Positions 32,910-43,679 of a stretch of DNA of 49,905 nucleotides are shown here, in pieces. The DNA lies in contig MRSU01001902.1 of NCBI GenBank assembly GCA_008369845.1, positions 1 to 49,905 of the forward strand, written 5' to 3'. The translations under genes were made by a program, and so were the position numbers. Source of the stretch: Trichomonas gallinae. Taxonomy: Eukaryota. Numbering within the stretch: the stretch's first letter is position 1; each line of letters starts with the position of its first letter. A model generated the notes under the pieces. The model worked only from the letters and a program-made list of their open reading frames with translations, was not told the DNA's origin and ran no database searches.

Positions 32910-33326
32910 ATGGTTAAGACTAATCCATTTGTCTCCAGTCAAGCGCGCAAGGTGAGGAAATCATACTTCAACGCTAGCAAGGACGCTAAGCATAGGTCCA
33001 TGTCAGCTCCACTTGCTAAGGAGCTCCAAGAGACCTATGGCATCAAGCGCCTTCCAATTCGTCGTGATGATGAAGTACAGATTTTCTCAGGACGTCAACA
33101 GAACCGTATCGGTAAGGTTACAGATGTTAGCCTTACAGAGATGCGTATTTATGTTGATTCGTTCACAACAGAGAAGATTAACGGACAGACCGTTACCTTC
33201 CCTGTTCATCCATCTAATGTTGTGATCACGAAACTGAAGATGGATAAAGCTCGTAAAAACTTAATCGAGCTTCGTCGTTCGGGCCGCGACCAAATCCTTG
33301 CAAAACTTGGCCATAAAAAGCAATAA
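32910..33326 (+). CDS. RPL26: 60S ribosomal protein L26 (uL24)
   Basis: VSS..RK.RK.YFNA, MSAPLAKEL, LPIRRDDEV and VHPSNVVITKLKMDK.R. Confidence 0.96.
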   Translation: MVKTNPFVSSQARKVRKSYFNASKDAKHRSMSAPLAKELQETYGIKRLPIRRDDEVQIFSGRQQNRIGKVTDVSLTEMRIYVDSFTTEKINGQTVTFPVHPSNVVITKLKMDKARKNLIELRRSGRDQILAKLGHKKQ

Positions 33327-34523
33327 ATTGAACTTCATTCTTGTTATCAACAAAAAACCTCGATTTATCATCTAATATCATGTTAGAAGGTATCCTTTCT
33401 TTTTTATCTTTTTCTTTCTACATATTGTCAACCATATATTGCCACAATAACATTCCAAATTTATGCTTAAATTTATATAGCATAATTTGTCTTGTGTTAT
33501 TTACGGGTTTATGGGAGTCATTATGAACAACTATTTGATGAAAGCTAGTTTCTTTCACTAATATTTGATATTACAGAATAATAAATATTATGTGAAATTA
33601 CCTACTTTTCTCTATGTAGTTACTTACCCTCAAAACTTTGCGATGTAATTCTTTATTTATGTTTCAAAGTTTAGTGTGATATTTTCGTTTGCTTATTGTA
33701 TTTAGAGAGTTTCTTGTGAATTTAGCTTTAATAAGATTATTTAAGATTATACTTTCGAATTCATGTTCTTTTTGGCAAGTTTAATCTTATTAGAATTCAA
33801 AACTTCAAATTTGTTATATGACTAAATGTGTTTATATCAATTTCTTTGTTATTGCTTTCATTATTTGATATAATAACTATGAATTACAGCCATAAAAATC
33901 AAATATCTTTTCGAATAATATTATCTTGGAAATCTATCTATGTTGTGATGTAGCTCGTGACGAGGCTACGCAATGCTACGAGTAATTCATATTAAAAATC
34001 ATATTTGACGTTTTGTGTATTTTGAAGTTCAAAAAAATATCATATCAAATTTGTCTAATTTTTGTTTGATTTCCTCAAAGAATGATTTTTCTGCAAAAAT
34101 AAATAACTCACAGTATCTGATATTATCACCACACCATTTTAAATCAATAACTTTTACCCCAAATTTCTGTCATTTTCAAGATATTTTTATTTAGTCAATG
34201 AATACTGACTTAATAGAATGCTTACAATGACCCACATAAGGCGATTTTCAGACAGCCAGTAAATAAAACCGTAATGAAATAGGAAATGAAAAAATATTCT
34301 GAATACAGGGAAACTACAAGATTATAATTTCCTCAGACCTTTATCTAGCTGTTTCACAAAGGATTTTTAATGAAAGAAGAAAATATTATTTTAAAATTAG
34401 GATATTTCGCGGTAAATTTAACAATTAAGCGACGAAAATCCCGAAAAACGAGCGCATATGAGAAAGATGAATGCTTTTATACATAAATATTTTGTTTTCA
34501 GCGTGGAGTGAATAAAAATTCAG

Positions 34524-35117
34524 TTAACACGCGCACTTCTTCTGACCTTCATTGTTTTTGCGTTTTGTAAGTGTGACACCAGCAATTTCCTCCTCGTTTC
34601 TCTTGGAAATAAGGATGTCAACAAGCGCTGTAAATAATTCTCTAACACCTTCGCCTGATTTTGCGGATGTCTGGAAGAAACGACATCCATGGGATGTAGC
34701 CCACTCTAGAGCTTCCATCTGGGCAATCTGGAGCTGATCCGAAAGATCAACTTTATTTCCGACGATTAAAACGACACTCGACTCGCCTGCAACATTCTTG
34801 AACTCATCAATCCATGATTGAATTGTAGAAAATGTTGAACGCTTGCTCATATCAAAAACGACAATCGCAGCCGCTGCACCTCTATAATAAACAGGCGCCA
34901 AACTGCGGAATTTTTCTTGTCCGGCTGTATCCCAAATTTGGACCTCGATAGATTGGTCGCCACGGCGTTCTGTATAAGTTTCGTATATAGCACCGACAGT
35001 ATTTGCCTCTGCAACATTGAATTTATTGCGAATGAACCTGTTGACTAAGCATGTCTTGCCGACAGAACTCTCTCCGATAGTCACAGCACGAAATACTGTC
35101 GAATTGTCAGCTTGCAT
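34524..35117 (-). CDS. Rab-family small GTPase
   Basis: GESSVGKT, WDTAGQE, SLAPVYYRGA, GNKVD and TSAK; C-terminal CAC. True start is probably MQADNST at 35117. Confidence 0.94.
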   Translation of the reverse strand: MQADNSTVFRAVTIGESSVGKTCLVNRFIRNKFNVAEANTVGAIYETYTERRGDQSIEVQIWDTAGQEKFRSLAPVYYRGAAAAIVVFDMSKRSTFSTIQSWIDEFKNVAGESSVVLIVGNKVDLSDQLQIAQMEALEWATSHGCRFFQTSAKSGEGVRELFTALVDILISKRNEEEIAGVTLTKRKNNEGQKKCAC

Positions 35118-35193
35118 AGAAAAAAATTTTTTTGCAAAAAAAGTTAATAACCGTTTGACGAAAAAAAAAATTAGAAAAAAATCTAAAAAAATC
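35118..35193. promoter_or_regulatory. 76-bp bidirectional promoter with AACCGTTT (fits the T. vaginalis M3 Myb-like element)
   Basis: Divergent ATGs at 35117 and 35194; AACCGTTT at 35149-35156 within A/T tracts. Confidence 0.5.
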
Positions 35194-36072
35194 ATGGATA
35201 CATTTCTAGGATATGATTATAGTTTTGCTGGTTTCATAGATTATAGCAAATGCTATCATCCTGTCGCTATACCCTGGCTTCTTGTCGGTATTGGCGTTGG
35301 AACAGGTACAATCGTATCTGTTATACCTCAATTACATAAGTTCATTGTGAAAAGATCCAATTATGGAATGAACACACTCACAATGTGCATGATTAGCTAC
35401 GGACAAATCATCAATTTCGTTAATTATCTTGCTTTACATTCTGCCGATTTTGTTGGCGTTCATCATTCGTCATTTACATCGTATATGCCACGTCTTGTTA
35501 CATTCTTTAACCTTTTCCTGCTTTGGTACATGTATCTTGCGAACGTATTTCTGAATTTTATCTTTTTCGATAAGCAACCGCGCTCATCCAGACCGATGAG
35601 TGCAATTAAACTCGAAAGAAAGCTGCAGCTTATTATTACTGCTATTCTTTTCATTGCAGATTTCATTTCGCAAATTATTTATGTCGTTTTCGGAGCTATT
35701 CACGGATTTTCATGCTCACCCCTTCGCTACTACGGTACAATTTTAGGAACAATTGGTGGAGTTTTTGCTATTTGTCAATATATTCCTCAAATGGTTACTA
35801 CATGCAAGATTAAGGGCCCAGGATCATTATCTATGCTCTTACTTGCAATTCAAGCACCAGGAGGTCTTTTAAGCGTCTCTTTCATGGCTTTCGCAAATAA
35901 AGATCACTGGACAACATGGCTTCCGATCTTTGTAGCCGCCTGCCAACAAGGTATACTTCTCGGCATCTGCATTTTCTATACATTAAAGCATAGATCTCTT
36001 CATCATTCATTGAATGAGACCCCATTACTTACGGACGCTGCGTCTGCATCAACACCAGGGTCCAAGATGTGA
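35194..36072 (+). CDS. PQ-loop repeat membrane protein
   Basis: Two PQ motifs (SVIPQL, QYIPQM), followed by GMN and GSLS respectively; about 7 TM; tail ETPLL is dileucine-like. Confidence 0.9.
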   Translation: MDTFLGYDYSFAGFIDYSKCYHPVAIPWLLVGIGVGTGTIVSVIPQLHKFIVKRSNYGMNTLTMCMISYGQIINFVNYLALHSADFVGVHHSSFTSYMPRLVTFFNLFLLWYMYLANVFLNFIFFDKQPRSSRPMSAIKLERKLQLIITAILFIADFISQIIYVVFGAIHGFSCSPLRYYGTILGTIGGVFAICQYIPQMVTTCKIKGPGSLSMLLLAIQAPGGLLSVSFMAFANKDHWTTWLPIFVAACQQGILLGICIFYTLKHRSLHHSLNETPLLTDAASASTPGSKM

Positions 36073-36278
36073 TATATGTTATAAATATTATTGGATATAT
36101 GTTATTTATATTAAATATCTGTTTCTTGCGATTTTTCAAATATTTCACCATGGATTTAATAGTTTATAATGTGTCGTTCAATATTTATAGATATTTTTGA
36201 AAAAAATTCGCGATCAATTCGATAAATTTCGGAAATTCTATATACAAACATTTTATAAAACTCTATTTAACAAGAACA

Positions 36279-37748
36279 TCAATCATAGCTCTGTAGCAGT
36301 GTTCCGACTCTCCAATCTAACTCTAATTCATCAGCTTCATCGAGAAATTCTGGAACTGCTGTTTCCATCATATAAACATAACCTTCGGTCTCAAAGCACT
36401 TGATTCCAAGCACATTGATAAATCTATTCAATACATCGATAATTAATTTAAATGTTTTGATAGATAAACCTTCCAAAGAAATCAAGAAATCGCCTATTTG
36501 GTTGTTTTCGAATAAAACTTCTAATATACATTCAGGAGCAATAAGTAGATAAGAAAATAAAAATGCAGAAAACGCTGTTTTTCCATCTATCATGCAATCA
36601 TGCACGCAAACGCATAAATCAAGCAAATCACCAAGATCTATGTCAGTAGAAATCTGATTGTCGAATAAAGTTTTGATTCCAAGAAGATAAAGTGCTTCAT
36701 TTGCATTCTCTGAGTTTTCTTCACACATAATTCCCTTGTGAAGTGATGCATAATAATACAACGCATCATAATCGATCGCTTTCGATATATTTGCAACAAA
36801 TTCGATTAAATATTTGAAATCTCCAATTAAAGATGTTTTTTCATATGCATAATGAAATAGTGCTGATAAGCTAGCTAATAATGGATATATTTCATTTCCT
36901 GAAGGTCTTTCATCCATGGTCACATCATCAATCTCTGAATTAACGAATTCCAATATAGTATGATATACTTTTTGCATCAATTTGAATATGTATTCTGGTA
37001 AACTGAGCAAATCTGATAAATATTCTTTAACTTTTGGAAATAGAAAGTAAACTTTGTTTTCTATTACAGAAATGATCAAATCTGAAACATGGCTCTGGAA
37101 ATCTGTTGGCAAATCAATTGCAGACGTATCAAAAGCGATAATGCAATCTAATAACCATGATAATGTATCGGTAATATATGTATTTTCTGAATCCAAAAGT
37201 TCTTGATTTACGAGAGAAATAAAATTCTCTATGATATGAATAAGTAAAGGATGGGATATGATATATTTTGATATTGAACTTTCAGATTGTGAACAATTAC
37301 GCACAATTCTTATAATAGTACCGTACATGTTGTATTTTTCCATTTGATTTAGTTCACATGCTTGAATAAGTAAAAAATCTAATTTGTCGAAAACGTTTGA
37401 TTGGATTATATGAGTAATTGATTCATCGCAAAGGGTAATTGCATGGTCTAGGCACGAAATAGCTGGAAAACAGTTTATCCTTTCGGTCAAAAATATGATT
37501 TTTAAGATTGAATTTACTACTACTGGTGTAATTAATGATTTAATTTCTTGCATATGTGATTTAGATTTGAAGCAGCATAGTAAATCACATGATAAATTGT
37601 CAAGTATTTCTTTGTCTTCTGTATTATCGATTGCTTCTATGATTTCTATAAAGTTTGTCACTGTTCGCTCATCATTATCTTGAACACTATCAACTTTGTT
37701 TTCTTCTCCTGACTGAGTTTCGGTAGTTTCTTCATCTTTATAATCCAT
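36279..37748 (-). CDS. Hypothetical acidic alpha-helical (ARM/HEAT-like) protein
   Basis: ~489-aa ORF from the ATG at 37748; helical, I/L/D/E-rich. Confidence 0.75.
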   Translation of the reverse strand: MDYKDEETTETQSGEENKVDSVQDNDERTVTNFIEIIEAIDNTEDKEILDNLSCDLLCCFKSKSHMQEIKSLITPVVVNSILKIIFLTERINCFPAISCLDHAITLCDESITHIIQSNVFDKLDFLLIQACELNQMEKYNMYGTIIRIVRNCSQSESSISKYIISHPLLIHIIENFISLVNQELLDSENTYITDTLSWLLDCIIAFDTSAIDLPTDFQSHVSDLIISVIENKVYFLFPKVKEYLSDLLSLPEYIFKLMQKVYHTILEFVNSEIDDVTMDERPSGNEIYPLLASLSALFHYAYEKTSLIGDFKYLIEFVANISKAIDYDALYYYASLHKGIMCEENSENANEALYLLGIKTLFDNQISTDIDLGDLLDLCVCVHDCMIDGKTAFSAFLFSYLLIAPECILEVLFENNQIGDFLISLEGLSIKTFKLIIDVLNRFINVLGIKCFETEGYVYMMETAVPEFLDEADELELDWRVGTLLQSYD

Positions 37749-38543
37749 CAAAAATTTTTTTATCGATGATTTTGCAAAATTTTAAAGATAAAAACACAAA
37801 CATAATATAAATCATATGATTATAATTTTTTTAGGATTTTTTGACATCAAAATTTTACCAAAAACTTGCAGAACATTTTTTAGCATAAATTATATATGTT
37901 ATTCTTAGTAAATAAAACAGTTTAATAGTATGATATACGAGCTAAATTTATATCAGTTGTTGGCTAAAAGTTTTAGGGTAGTTTTTGTAAAAACACGAAA
38001 AAATCATGAATGCATTCTCAAAAATGTCTATTATTAGAAATCATAAAATAACAAAGAGTATAGATGAGTAACTTATTTTCTTTGTAAAACATTCCGATTA
38101 CATGATTTTTTTGTCCCGAAAAATTATTTTATATAAAAATTTTCATGCGAATAAACCACCACATTTCATTACAAAACAAATATCGCTTTTTCTAAAATTT
38201 ACCCACTTATTGAATTTATGTCATATAAATCCAAAATCTGCCAAATTCATGCGAAAAGTGATACATTTTAGCAAAGTTTACCAAAAGTTTATTTTTGTAA
38301 ACTTTTCAAAATATGTCACTTTCCGTATAAATTAATTTTTTGCCAAATAATTAATATTTTTGCCACATAAACAATAATTTGCCATATAAATAAAATTTTT
38401 GTCATGTAAAAAATTATTTCATGAATTGTAAAGTTTTTTTAAATTTTTGTATTTTTAACCTTTATAAGTAGTCTAATCTAATGACCAAATTTTGAAAAGT
38501 GAAATGTCAGAAAAATTAAAAAAAAAATAAGATTAGTATAAAT

Positions 38544-41500
38544 ATGTGGAGAGATTGCAATTACAAAGCAGTTGCACTCTTTCCTTATTCATCAACAGAG
38601 AAATACCATCTTAGCATTATCCAATATGATATTTTGGAAGTCTCAAAAGAATGCGGCGAGTGGGTTTTCGCAAGATGCGTTCAAACCGGCTGTTTAGGCA
38701 TTTGCCCGAAGAATTACATAGGAGAATACAAAGATGAAATTGATATAGTAAACCGAAAACTTTATTTAGAATTGGCAGCACTCACACAAGAAGTATTTCA
38801 AAACTATTTGATTCCTGCGAAGGATGATGACCCATACGCATGCAGGATTCTTGACATACTCATGAAAATACAGCGTACTTATCCAGTAGTAGATGATATG
38901 AGCCGCTCTTTAGTCACGAAATATATCGAAGAGCTCAGAGAATTCCTCCATTTCCCAGTTCTTGAAAGGAATGCAACAGGCACACTCCTGAAGACACACG
39001 AAATCACTTCCATTTCTAAAAAAGTTGAAAAGAAATTACACAGTGAATATCAATCTACTTACGTCTTGACTTTCGCGGTTCACGCAGATCCACAACCAAC
39101 ACCATTCCATATCCGCTTTTTCTTATACAATACTTCGACAAAAACAAACTTAACATTATCGAAAGAATGCATATTCAATCAAGATCGTCCAGTCGATTCA
39201 TTTATTTGTCCAGATATTGATCCTAAAATTGTCAACAACTTGGCTTTAGTCGCTGTCATATCTGATTACTTTGAAACAGAAACAGGATATTACAATGAAG
39301 TGAAAGGCTGCAGTGTTGAGGTCCTTTCAACAGCAGATAGACCATTCAAACTTGGCCATGATTCAAATTGCACACTTAAATTCTTCTCATCAAAAGATTC
39401 TTCTAATCCAACTTTATATCGTGATATTCTTGAAAACAAGCAAGGATTGACCCCAACAATCGATATTCCAACGGTTTCAGTCTCATTTTCTAGCTATGAA
39501 CATAACAATGAAGCAACAACTCCTTTCAGAACAAGAGATCTTGGAATTTCAAAATTAGGATCATTTAAATATCCAATTAACGTTGGCACAAACTACAACA
39601 CCAACAAATTATACATTAAACTTGCTCATCTTCGCCACAAGACAAAGATTAAACCAACAAGAATTTTAATTCGCGCTGTCGACCTTTCTTCGAAGATGGA
39701 TGGCTTTATTCCATGCTTCCCATATGAAAAGGATCCAACCTGTGCTGTCACAGCAATTCAGCGCGGTTCTATGGATATGGATATCGATGAAATCGTGGAA
39801 GTCGAATTAGATCCAAAGAATTTCCCCAATCCAGACTTCTCATTCATTATCTTCCTCGTTGAGAGATCATACAGGCCTCCACAAGAATCTTATATTTCAT
39901 CTTTTTGCTTTGTTCCACTTTTCGATCTCAAGAAGGGCTGCATGTATGAGTTTCAAACGCCTAAGAGGTTGAAGCTCGTCAAACCGCCAAAACAACCAGA
40001 TTATCATACTTTATGCGCAGAAATTGCTAATTTCCACTCATTTGAGGAGTGCTTCTCTGAGCCAGGTGATACAGGTTTCATCGACATCGAATCTTCACTT
40101 ATTTCTACGACATTCACGAAAGTTCCAGATGTTTACAAACTTTTAACGACAACTCCAGACAAAGACGCAACATTTGATGAAATACAGATCTATGATGTCC
40201 AATACTACTATCCTTGGGGTCCAAAGATCTTATTTGAATTATCTAAAATTATTTGCGAAAACGGGAGAAACTCATCACGCGCACTTTCCGCTTTCATTTC
40301 GACACTCAAAGCTCTCGATCAGGCTGCTTCTCGCGATCCATTCTTAGAACGCGTTTTGAATTCTTTCATTTCCGATTATTTCGTTAGCGAGAACTCTTTC
40401 CTTGCTAAGCTCGGTCAGGCTTTGTTCCAATATACAGCCAAAGTCTTAGAATCATCAAATACAGATGATCCTCAAACAGCAAATTCGATGGCGAACATTC
40501 AACGCGCTCTCGCAAGCATTTTGAAGATCATTGTCGAATCAGTCAACTTCGCCAAGATGAACGAACAGGCAGTCGACGAACAACAAGTCAGAAAAGATTT
40601 TAAGGCCGTTTTTGATTCTACATGCAAGAGAATTTCATCAACCGAGAAGATGGCTGTCGTGCAGCGCCAGTTCCTCATTCGCGCACTTCCTCACTTCCTT
40701 CAGCTCATGAACTATTACTTCTCCAAGAAAGAAGTCATTGATTTCGCTTTGATCGCTTTCAGTTCTACGCCAGCAGCAGCCAACGATAAACTTAAAGTTT
40801 TCGACCACTTCGCGAACTCAGAGATATTCAGGAACGAAGAGATCAGACGCGGTTTGCTTCCAGAAATCGTCAAAGAAGTCATCAAAGACGACTACAAGTC
40901 ATGCGTCGTTGAAAAGGTTCTACCACTCGGTGTCACAATCTTCTTCGACATGCTAGGATCTTCATCATCATTTGCCGGAGCCATTCAGCAGCTTGCTCCA
41001 CTGTTTTCGATGATGATTGGACAGCCCGAGTATTCAACAGCTTTGATTCTCTTCATCTACTATTCAATGACATTGGGTGTCAAGCAGATTATGACATATG
41101 GCGGAAATCCAGCGAAAACATTTTCAGATATCACAGAGATGCTCTTGAAGGCTGTCGATGATGCATCACCAGCCATTTTGTTCGGTTTAGTGCCAGCTTT
41201 CGTCAAGGTTTTCTTGCTTTCTCAGGATGACAATTTCAGCGAAACAAGGAAGGACGTTATTCTTCTTATCAAGACAATTTCATCATTCTACAGGCAATTT
41301 CTTCACAGGTTGGAAATCTTCACACCACTCGATAGAGCTATCTACAGCCAGATGTTCGCTATCGATCTCACGCCAATTTCCCACTTGTTGCCTCTGCTCA
41401 TTGAAAATGTGCCAAAAGATTATCACTTCGATTCAAGCATCTTCATTCCGCTTTTCCACATGTACATTTCATCGAAAGACACAGGCGTCAGACATGTCAT

Positions 41501-43073
41501 CATGAAGGCTCTCGGCCAGATCTTCACAGCTGAAGGCAAGAAGATGCAAGCTATTGAAGCTCCAATCGTCGACGCCCTCATCGCAGTTATGAGTGTCGAA
41601 GGCATGGCAGAAATTGTTTCTATCTTCGATATCATCACAGAAATTTCACCAACGGCCAAGCAAAGTGTCGCTAAGTTGATCCAGTTCTCTCAGAACCTCG
41701 CAAACTTGAGCTTGTATCCTCCGAACGCTTCATACGAAGACGAGCGTGTTGCATCAATCACATTCCTCCTTGAAGGCTTCAGGAACTCAGAGTCAGCGAT
41801 GATAAACTTCCCGCACTTCGCAATTATGCTCTACGAGCTCCATATTTCTCTCAACAACCAAGTTGAAGCTGCTGAAGTATTGACGTTCATCTACAACTTT
41901 TTGGCTGACAAGAAACAAGACGATGAATGCAGACCAGAATCAATCTTCCCAGCACAGACTGTTTTCGCTCGCCGCTGTGCATTGATGAAGCGGGCTTACG
42001 AGCTCTACATGCAGGCACAGTTCTTCGAACACGCAGTCGAAAGCACAACAGAGCTCAGAAATTTGTTGGAGCCTAAGTACGACTATGCTGGCCTCGTTGA
42101 AGTCTGCGAGCTCGAATCGCGCGCATGGAAGGAAATCACGACAGTAGAAAGAACTCAGCTCAACAGATTCTATGGTGCCAAATTCTTCGGTGATTGCTTC
42201 GATGAAATTCACCGCAACAAGACATTCATTTACAGACGTGGTGGATATTTCGACAACGGCCAGATGCTCGCGTTCATGAAACAAAAATTCCCGAACGCTG
42301 AATGCTCACCAAGGCCTCCACCAGATAATACAGACTTCTCTAATGGCTACGTATACATCTTCAACGTCAAGCCATTAGTTGAAGACAGCTACTGTCCAGA
42401 AGAGAGCCCAGCTGGTGTAATGACACGCACAGTCTGCCGCATACAGAAGTTCTACAGCGAAGTTCCTGTCAGAGTCAAAATCGAAGGTAAGAAGTACAAC
42501 GAAATCGCCGAATACCACAGACACATCACAGAATACGAAGTCCAGTATCCACTCGAAGGCATAGTAAGGCGCGCGGCTGTAGTTAACTCATCCGGCCCAC
42601 GCGTCATGTCTCCAGTCGAATGCGCAGTCGTCGACACAAACGCGAAGAGCTTGGAGCTTCTTCAGAAGGCTAGCAGCTACTGGCGCTGCCTTACATATGA
42701 TGTTCCATTTGACAAGAGCGCTGTCTCTGCATTCTCAATGCTCATCAACGGTATTGTCAACGCAGCTGTCAACGGTGGCACAAAACTCTTCCAGGAGTTG
42801 TTCCTTGAAGGAGACTTGGCAAGATTACCAGAGCAACTCAAATGGGCACCGAAACTCAAAGAAGCATTTGTCACACAGTTGAAAGCTGTTAATTTCGCTA
42901 TTTCTGTCCACAATTATGTCGTCGCTGATGACTTCAGGCCTCTCCACAACCAAATTGTTGAGCAGTTCGTTGAGATGCAGAAATCCATGGAATCACAAGT
43001 TGGGTCAGTTGATTTCTCAGTCACAACTACAAACTTAGGAAAGATTCCACAAGCAATGCCACCAAAAGAGTAA
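38544..43073 (+). CDS. Dedicator of cytokinesis (DOCK) family Rho/Rac GEF
   Basis: N-terminal SH3 (AVALFPY...EW...GICPKNYI); C2/DHR-1-like region (NKLYIKL); DHR-2 motifs FYGAKFFG...NKTFIYR, SPVECA and GIVNAAVNGG. Confidence 0.93.
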   Translation: MWRDCNYKAVALFPYSSTEKYHLSIIQYDILEVSKECGEWVFARCVQTGCLGICPKNYIGEYKDEIDIVNRKLYLELAALTQEVFQNYLIPAKDDDPYACRILDILMKIQRTYPVVDDMSRSLVTKYIEELREFLHFPVLERNATGTLLKTHEITSISKKVEKKLHSEYQSTYVLTFAVHADPQPTPFHIRFFLYNTSTKTNLTLSKECIFNQDRPVDSFICPDIDPKIVNNLALVAVISDYFETETGYYNEVKGCSVEVLSTADRPFKLGHDSNCTLKFFSSKDSSNPTLYRDILENKQGLTPTIDIPTVSVSFSSYEHNNEATTPFRTRDLGISKLGSFKYPINVGTNYNTNKLYIKLAHLRHKTKIKPTRILIRAVDLSSKMDGFIPCFPYEKDPTCAVTAIQRGSMDMDIDEIVEVELDPKNFPNPDFSFIIFLVERSYRPPQESYISSFCFVPLFDLKKGCMYEFQTPKRLKLVKPPKQPDYHTLCAEIANFHSFEECFSEPGDTGFIDIESSLISTTFTKVPDVYKLLTTTPDKDATFDEIQIYDVQYYYPWGPKILFELSKIICENGRNSSRALSAFISTLKALDQAASRDPFLERVLNSFISDYFVSENSFLAKLGQALFQYTAKVLESSNTDDPQTANSMANIQRALASILKIIVESVNFAKMNEQAVDEQQVRKDFKAVFDSTCKRISSTEKMAVVQRQFLIRALPHFLQLMNYYFSKKEVIDFALIAFSSTPAAANDKLKVFDHFANSEIFRNEEIRRGLLPEIVKEVIKDDYKSCVVEKVLPLGVTIFFDMLGSSSSFAGAIQQLAPLFSMMIGQPEYSTALILFIYYSMTLGVKQIMTYGGNPAKTFSDITEMLLKAVDDASPAILFGLVPAFVKVFLLSQDDNFSETRKDVILLIKTISSFYRQFLHRLEIFTPLDRAIYSQMFAIDLTPISHLLPLLIENVPKDYHFDSSIFIPLFHMYISSKDTGVRHVIMKALGQIFTAEGKKMQAIEAPIVDALIAVMSVEGMAEIVSIFDIITEISPTAKQSVAKLIQFSQNLANLSLYPPNASYEDERVASITFLLEGFRNSESAMINFPHFAIMLYELHISLNNQVEAAEVLTFIYNFLADKKQDDECRPESIFPAQTVFARRCALMKRAYELYMQAQFFEHAVESTTELRNLLEPKYDYAGLVEVCELESRAWKEITTVERTQLNRFYGAKFFGDCFDEIHRNKTFIYRRGGYFDNGQMLAFMKQKFPNAECSPRPPPDNTDFSNGYVYIFNVKPLVEDSYCPEESPAGVMTRTVCRIQKFYSEVPVRVKIEGKKYNEIAEYHRHITEYEVQYPLEGIVRRAAVVNSSGPRVMSPVECAVVDTNAKSLELLQKASSYWRCLTYDVPFDKSAVSAFSMLINGIVNAAVNGGTKLFQELFLEGDLARLPEQLKWAPKLKEAFVTQLKAVNFAISVHNYVVADDFRPLHNQIVEQFVEMQKSMESQVGSVDFSVTTTNLGKIPQAMPPKE

Positions 43074-43679
43074 GTAAAGAGTATTTATTCGAGTTTTAAA
43101 TTTTGTCAAATTTTTAAATCAAATCATAAAAATTTAGATATAACAATGCTGTTAGTATTTATAACAAGAATACTGATACATTCATGAGAAATTAACCCTC
43201 TTTTGAATATAAATTAAATTGTCAATCACATGGAGAAAAATGACAAATTTTATTATTAAAGTCATAATAACAAAATCCTTTTAAATGGTTTATATGTTTC
43301 AAAAATATAGAACTAAATCGTAATTGAGTTGTAAACCAATGAAATCTTTGTCTCGGTTTATATATTTAATTTTTATGAATAATAATAGTTGTACACTTGA
43401 TAATACGAATTTGGCTATATATTTTATAGAACGGTGTATAAACATTTTTCAGAAAACCTTTTCCACTGAAATTTTAAAACTCAAAATATTTTATCATTAA
43501 ATTGCAAGGGTCACTTTGAACAATAAACTCAGATTTAAAATAATTGAGAAAACCATTCAATTCTTTTTGAATGAAGTTGTATTTATTGGATATTTTAATA
43601 TATCATCATCTAACTAAAAATATAAATTTTATATGTATTTTTCAAAAAATTGTTTGTTTTTCAAATCCATAAAATCAAA

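Noticed and set aside
33950..33969. Small hairpin GTAGCTCGTGACGAGGCTAC
   Set aside because: Too short and isolated to support a functional call.
35017..35195. Apparent overlap of extended Rab and PQ-loop ORFs
   Set aside because: The extensions translate A/T tracts; the plausible starts are 35117 and 35194.
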